A stretch of DNA of 64,000 nucleotides from Vicugna vicugna (Eukaryota): the NCBI GenBank assembly GCA_013265495.1, contig MU058584.1:2856508-2920507 (forward strand). Reading direction: 5' to 3'. The notes beneath the pieces are model-generated. The model saw only the letters and a program-made list of their open reading frames with translations. It ran no database searches and had not been told where the DNA came from. The position numbers and the translations under genes were made by a program. This document shows, piece after piece, positions 60,950-64,000 of the stretch (position 1 is the stretch's first letter; each line of letters begins with the position of its first letter).

Positions 60950-62075
60950 TCAGGATGCCACATTCTTAGGTTTTTCCTCCTTCCTTCCTGGCTGTCCCAT
61001 CTCAGTCACCATTGCTGGCTGTCCCTTCTCTTGATGCCAACCTCTGGATGTTAGAGGGACCACAAACCAATCCCAGCCTTCTCGCTACATTCTCTCTCTG
61101 CATTCAGCTCCTGATGCCCATTTGGGTCCAGGGTCTAAAATATCTGATGACACCCAAATTTTTATCATCTCCGGCCCTAACCTAAAGCCGTGCCCTCCAG
61201 ACTCATACATCGTATTGGGACATGAAACAGCCACCCTGAGTATAGCACACCTAAGCCAGGAAACAGCGATCCCCACCAAACTGGCCCCACCCTCCCCATA
61301 GACCCCCCCATTTTAGGAAATGGGGAACATTCATCCACTCGCTCAGGTCACTTTGATTGCTTCCTCTCACACGCCACATTCTGTAGGCTCTACTCACAAA
61401 ATGTAAATCTATTGTTACCACCCTAGACCCAGCCATTGTCACCTGCTTCCTGATTATAGTGACAGCCACCTACTCTCCATCAATTCCACTCCCGCCCCTT
61501 GACTGCCTGTCCACCAGCACAACAGGCAGAAGGATCTTTCAAAAACATATCCACTATTTTCCCCTGGCCAAACCATCCGATGGATTCATATATCACTTAG
61601 GACCTCATGGGCTGTGTCTCCTGCCTACCTCTGTGACCTCCTCTCCCATCACACCCCCATCTCATTCTGCCCCATCCACAGCAGCCTCCTTCTGTTCCTC
61701 GAACACGCTAGGTACATGCTCATCCCGGGTCTTGGTCCGTGTTATTCCCTCTACCTGGCAAGCTCATACCCCCACCCTCGGCATGGGTTATGAATCTCTT
61801 ATGTTGTCTCCCCAGGCTGACCTTCCCCGGCCAGCTTATCCAACAGAGTCCCCATCATTTCTATCTTTATGCTGTTTTCCTTTTCCTTCACAGCACTTGT
61901 CCCTACCTGACATTATATTACATAATTATCGTTAGCTTGTGCATCTTCTGGTATTGTCACTAGAATGTGAACGAGGGCCGAGATCCCGTCTTGTTTTCCA
62001 CTGCTGTGTTCTCAGTGTCTGGAACAGTCAGTGCCTTGGTGGGCACTCAGATATATGCCTAAATGATTAATGAGT
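60950..62075 (+). mobile_element. L2 LINE 3' portion (~1.1 kb)
   Basis: 'tgatgacacccaaatttttatc', 'ctccagactcatac', 'gcctccttctgttcctcgaacac', 'cactagaatgtga...gagggccgaga', 'tctggaacagt...aatgattaatga'. Confidence 0.85.
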
Positions 62076-62829
62076 GTAAGTGCCACTACAGGACAATCTC
62101 TGACACGTATGTCATGTGAAAAACAAAGGGAAGATGACACTTAGACTACTCCGGGAAGGACGCACAGACTGTAACAGGGGGTTGCCTCTGTGAATGGAGT
62201 CCAGAGGAGGCAGTAGGAGGGAAATGCAATTTTCATTGATAATTATTTGAACTGTTTGAACTCTTTCCTATGGGCATGAAATACCTTTTCAATTAAGAAA
62301 GAAAATCCCCTCTGGCTGGTCATATGTTCTAACTGGACACATTTTGCCTTATTGATCAGACTCTCCAACCTGCCCTATTGCCCCACCAGGGTCCTCAGAT
62401 GTCTCCAGTCCACAGTCATTGCTCCAGATGGAGACCACCACATCCTCCAAGTTTTGGTTTGGTTTTGTTTTGCAGGGAGGAGGTTCCTAACCACCAAGAC
62501 CAAAGACCAGAGTTTGATATCACATAAATATATTATTCTGACAGGCTCCCCTCCCCTCCTCTCCCCTCCCAGGGAAGCTGAGAGCTTTGCCGTATCCGCG
62601 TTACATCTCCCCTGCTTTCCCGGTGACTCTCAGCTGTTCCAAACCCCCAGGCTGCCAATTCCAGGTTGCACCCATCTCAGAATCATGCATCTTTAGCTTA
62701 GACAGCGCCATCTGTAAAGGGCAACTGGGACGTGCCTTTCAGTAGGAGGTGAAGGGGCTGTTTCCTGCCCCAATGCTCATCCCTGACCTGGTCCACAGAA
62801 CCCCAGCCCCAGAGGCATAGCTCCAGTGT

Positions 62830-62925
62830 TTCTCACACAACCAAACGGAAGCCTAGAGTGAGGGACTTGCCCAAGGTCGCATAGTGAGTTTCTGACAGCA
62901 CCAGGACTAATGGGTCTCCAAGTTC
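62830..62925 (-). mobile_element. MIR fragment
   Basis: 'gggacttgcccaaggtcgcatagtgagt...gacagcaccaggacta'. Confidence 0.7.
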
Positions 62926-64000
62926 CCGGTTCTAGGCTGTTTCCAGCTGGAATGCCATGAGAGTCCACCCAGCTAGCCTGCCCCTTGGCCCCACGCGTGG
63001 TTTCCAGGAGAACTGGAGAGGTGGGAAGAGAACAGGTTTGTAGCCAGAGTTCCTTCTGGAGGCTCTGAAGGGGCACTGGCCTCTCATGGATTTTACCAGG
63101 GCTTGGGACCAGCTCCTGAGCACACTTGGGACCTACAGGGACACACTAGGAATTTCTTCAGATCTCAGCCTCCTGCACAGACCTCAACACACACATCGTT
63201 TCCCTCCCATGCACCAGAATCGGGTGCACTTGAAGTTGACTGCAAAAGTAGCTTAACTCTAAAAAAGAAAAAGAAAACAAAGTATTGCAAAAGCAGAGGA
63301 CATGAAACAAAGCAACTGTTCTCTATGGTGATGCCCCATCACAGAGAGGAATGTTTAAGAAAACATCAGGGACATGGGATTCCATTTGTCTTGGATTTAT
63401 CCATCAGAGATTACACACACACTCTCTCTCTCATGGTCAAAATGAATGATAAGCTTTGGAGGTTACAGGTCTTCTACGGAGAATCAAGAGGCAGCTTCAG
63501 ACGTAGCCATCATGTAATGCTCCCCAGAAAGTTCATTGTCAAGAGTTTCCCATTCAGCGAAGGGGGCAGTGATCTCATGCGATCCAGTGCTGTGTGCAGA
63601 GAGATTGCCTGCCTTGTGTGCACTTTGTGTGGCTGTGTTGAAGGTCTGTAGCCACCAAGCCGGGCCCCAGCCTCATCAAACGCACACCTGGACTGTTTGG
63701 TCCAGGAACCTCGCCTGCTGGTCTTGCTGTGCTCAAAACAGCAGGTATCTGAGCATCTTGCTCTGCGGGATGGCCTTAGCCGAGCAGGTCTCCTGGAATG
63801 CTTCTGCGATGGGCTCTCACCTTTGACAGGACACAAACAACTACTAGTAGCAAGCCAAATTCTAAGGCACCAGCAAATTAGTAACTATGACTGCAATTTC
63901 TTTGGGGGAACTTACATTATTGCATTTTTCTGTGTCGCTAATATACATTTTATTAATAACTCAGAACGATTATAAAATCAAGCAGAATTAATGGCTGCTA

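Noticed and set aside
62690..62720. REST (RE1) or CTCF site at 'gacagcgccatctg'
   Set aside because: Only a half-match to either motif (the RE1 left half and the CTCF 5' CC are missing).
63103..63975. Cluster of 92-182 aa ORFs at the window end
   Set aside because: No recognisable homology or coherent splice structure; one ORF crosses an A-rich tract.

Overview
Mammalian genomic DNA, most likely a camelid. The basis is two vic-1-like tRNA-derived SINEs and cetartiodactyl/camelid-type L1 3' ends, with no Bov-B, Bov-tA, PRE-1, Alu or B1 seen; this is by-eye recognition, not a database result. I find no recognisable protein-coding exon in the 64 kb, so it reads as intergenic or deep-intronic and I cannot name the locus. 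Much of it is interspersed repeat: ancient L2, MIR, CR1/L3, HAL1, L1M, MER5/MER81 hAT elements, MLT1 LTRs, an ERV1-type solo LTR, and younger L1 fragments and SINEs. Unique stretches between them look like possible enhancers, and there is one ~450-bp CpG island near 50.7-51.2 kb with no obvious gene. I do not see evidence for a new multi-gene biological system. The best-supported unusual items are: (i) a tailless 5'-half tRNA-Tyr retrocopy with a perfect 13-bp target-site duplication and apparent pre-tRNA leader/intron bases; (ii) an old L1 apparently scrambled by two nested inversions; (iii) a 5'-inverted (twin-primed) L1; (iv) ancient repeats that are anomalously CpG-rich; (v) the orphan CpG island next to a G4 motif and a (TG)16 tract. 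Repeat boundaries and subfamily names are approximate unless TSD coordinates are given.
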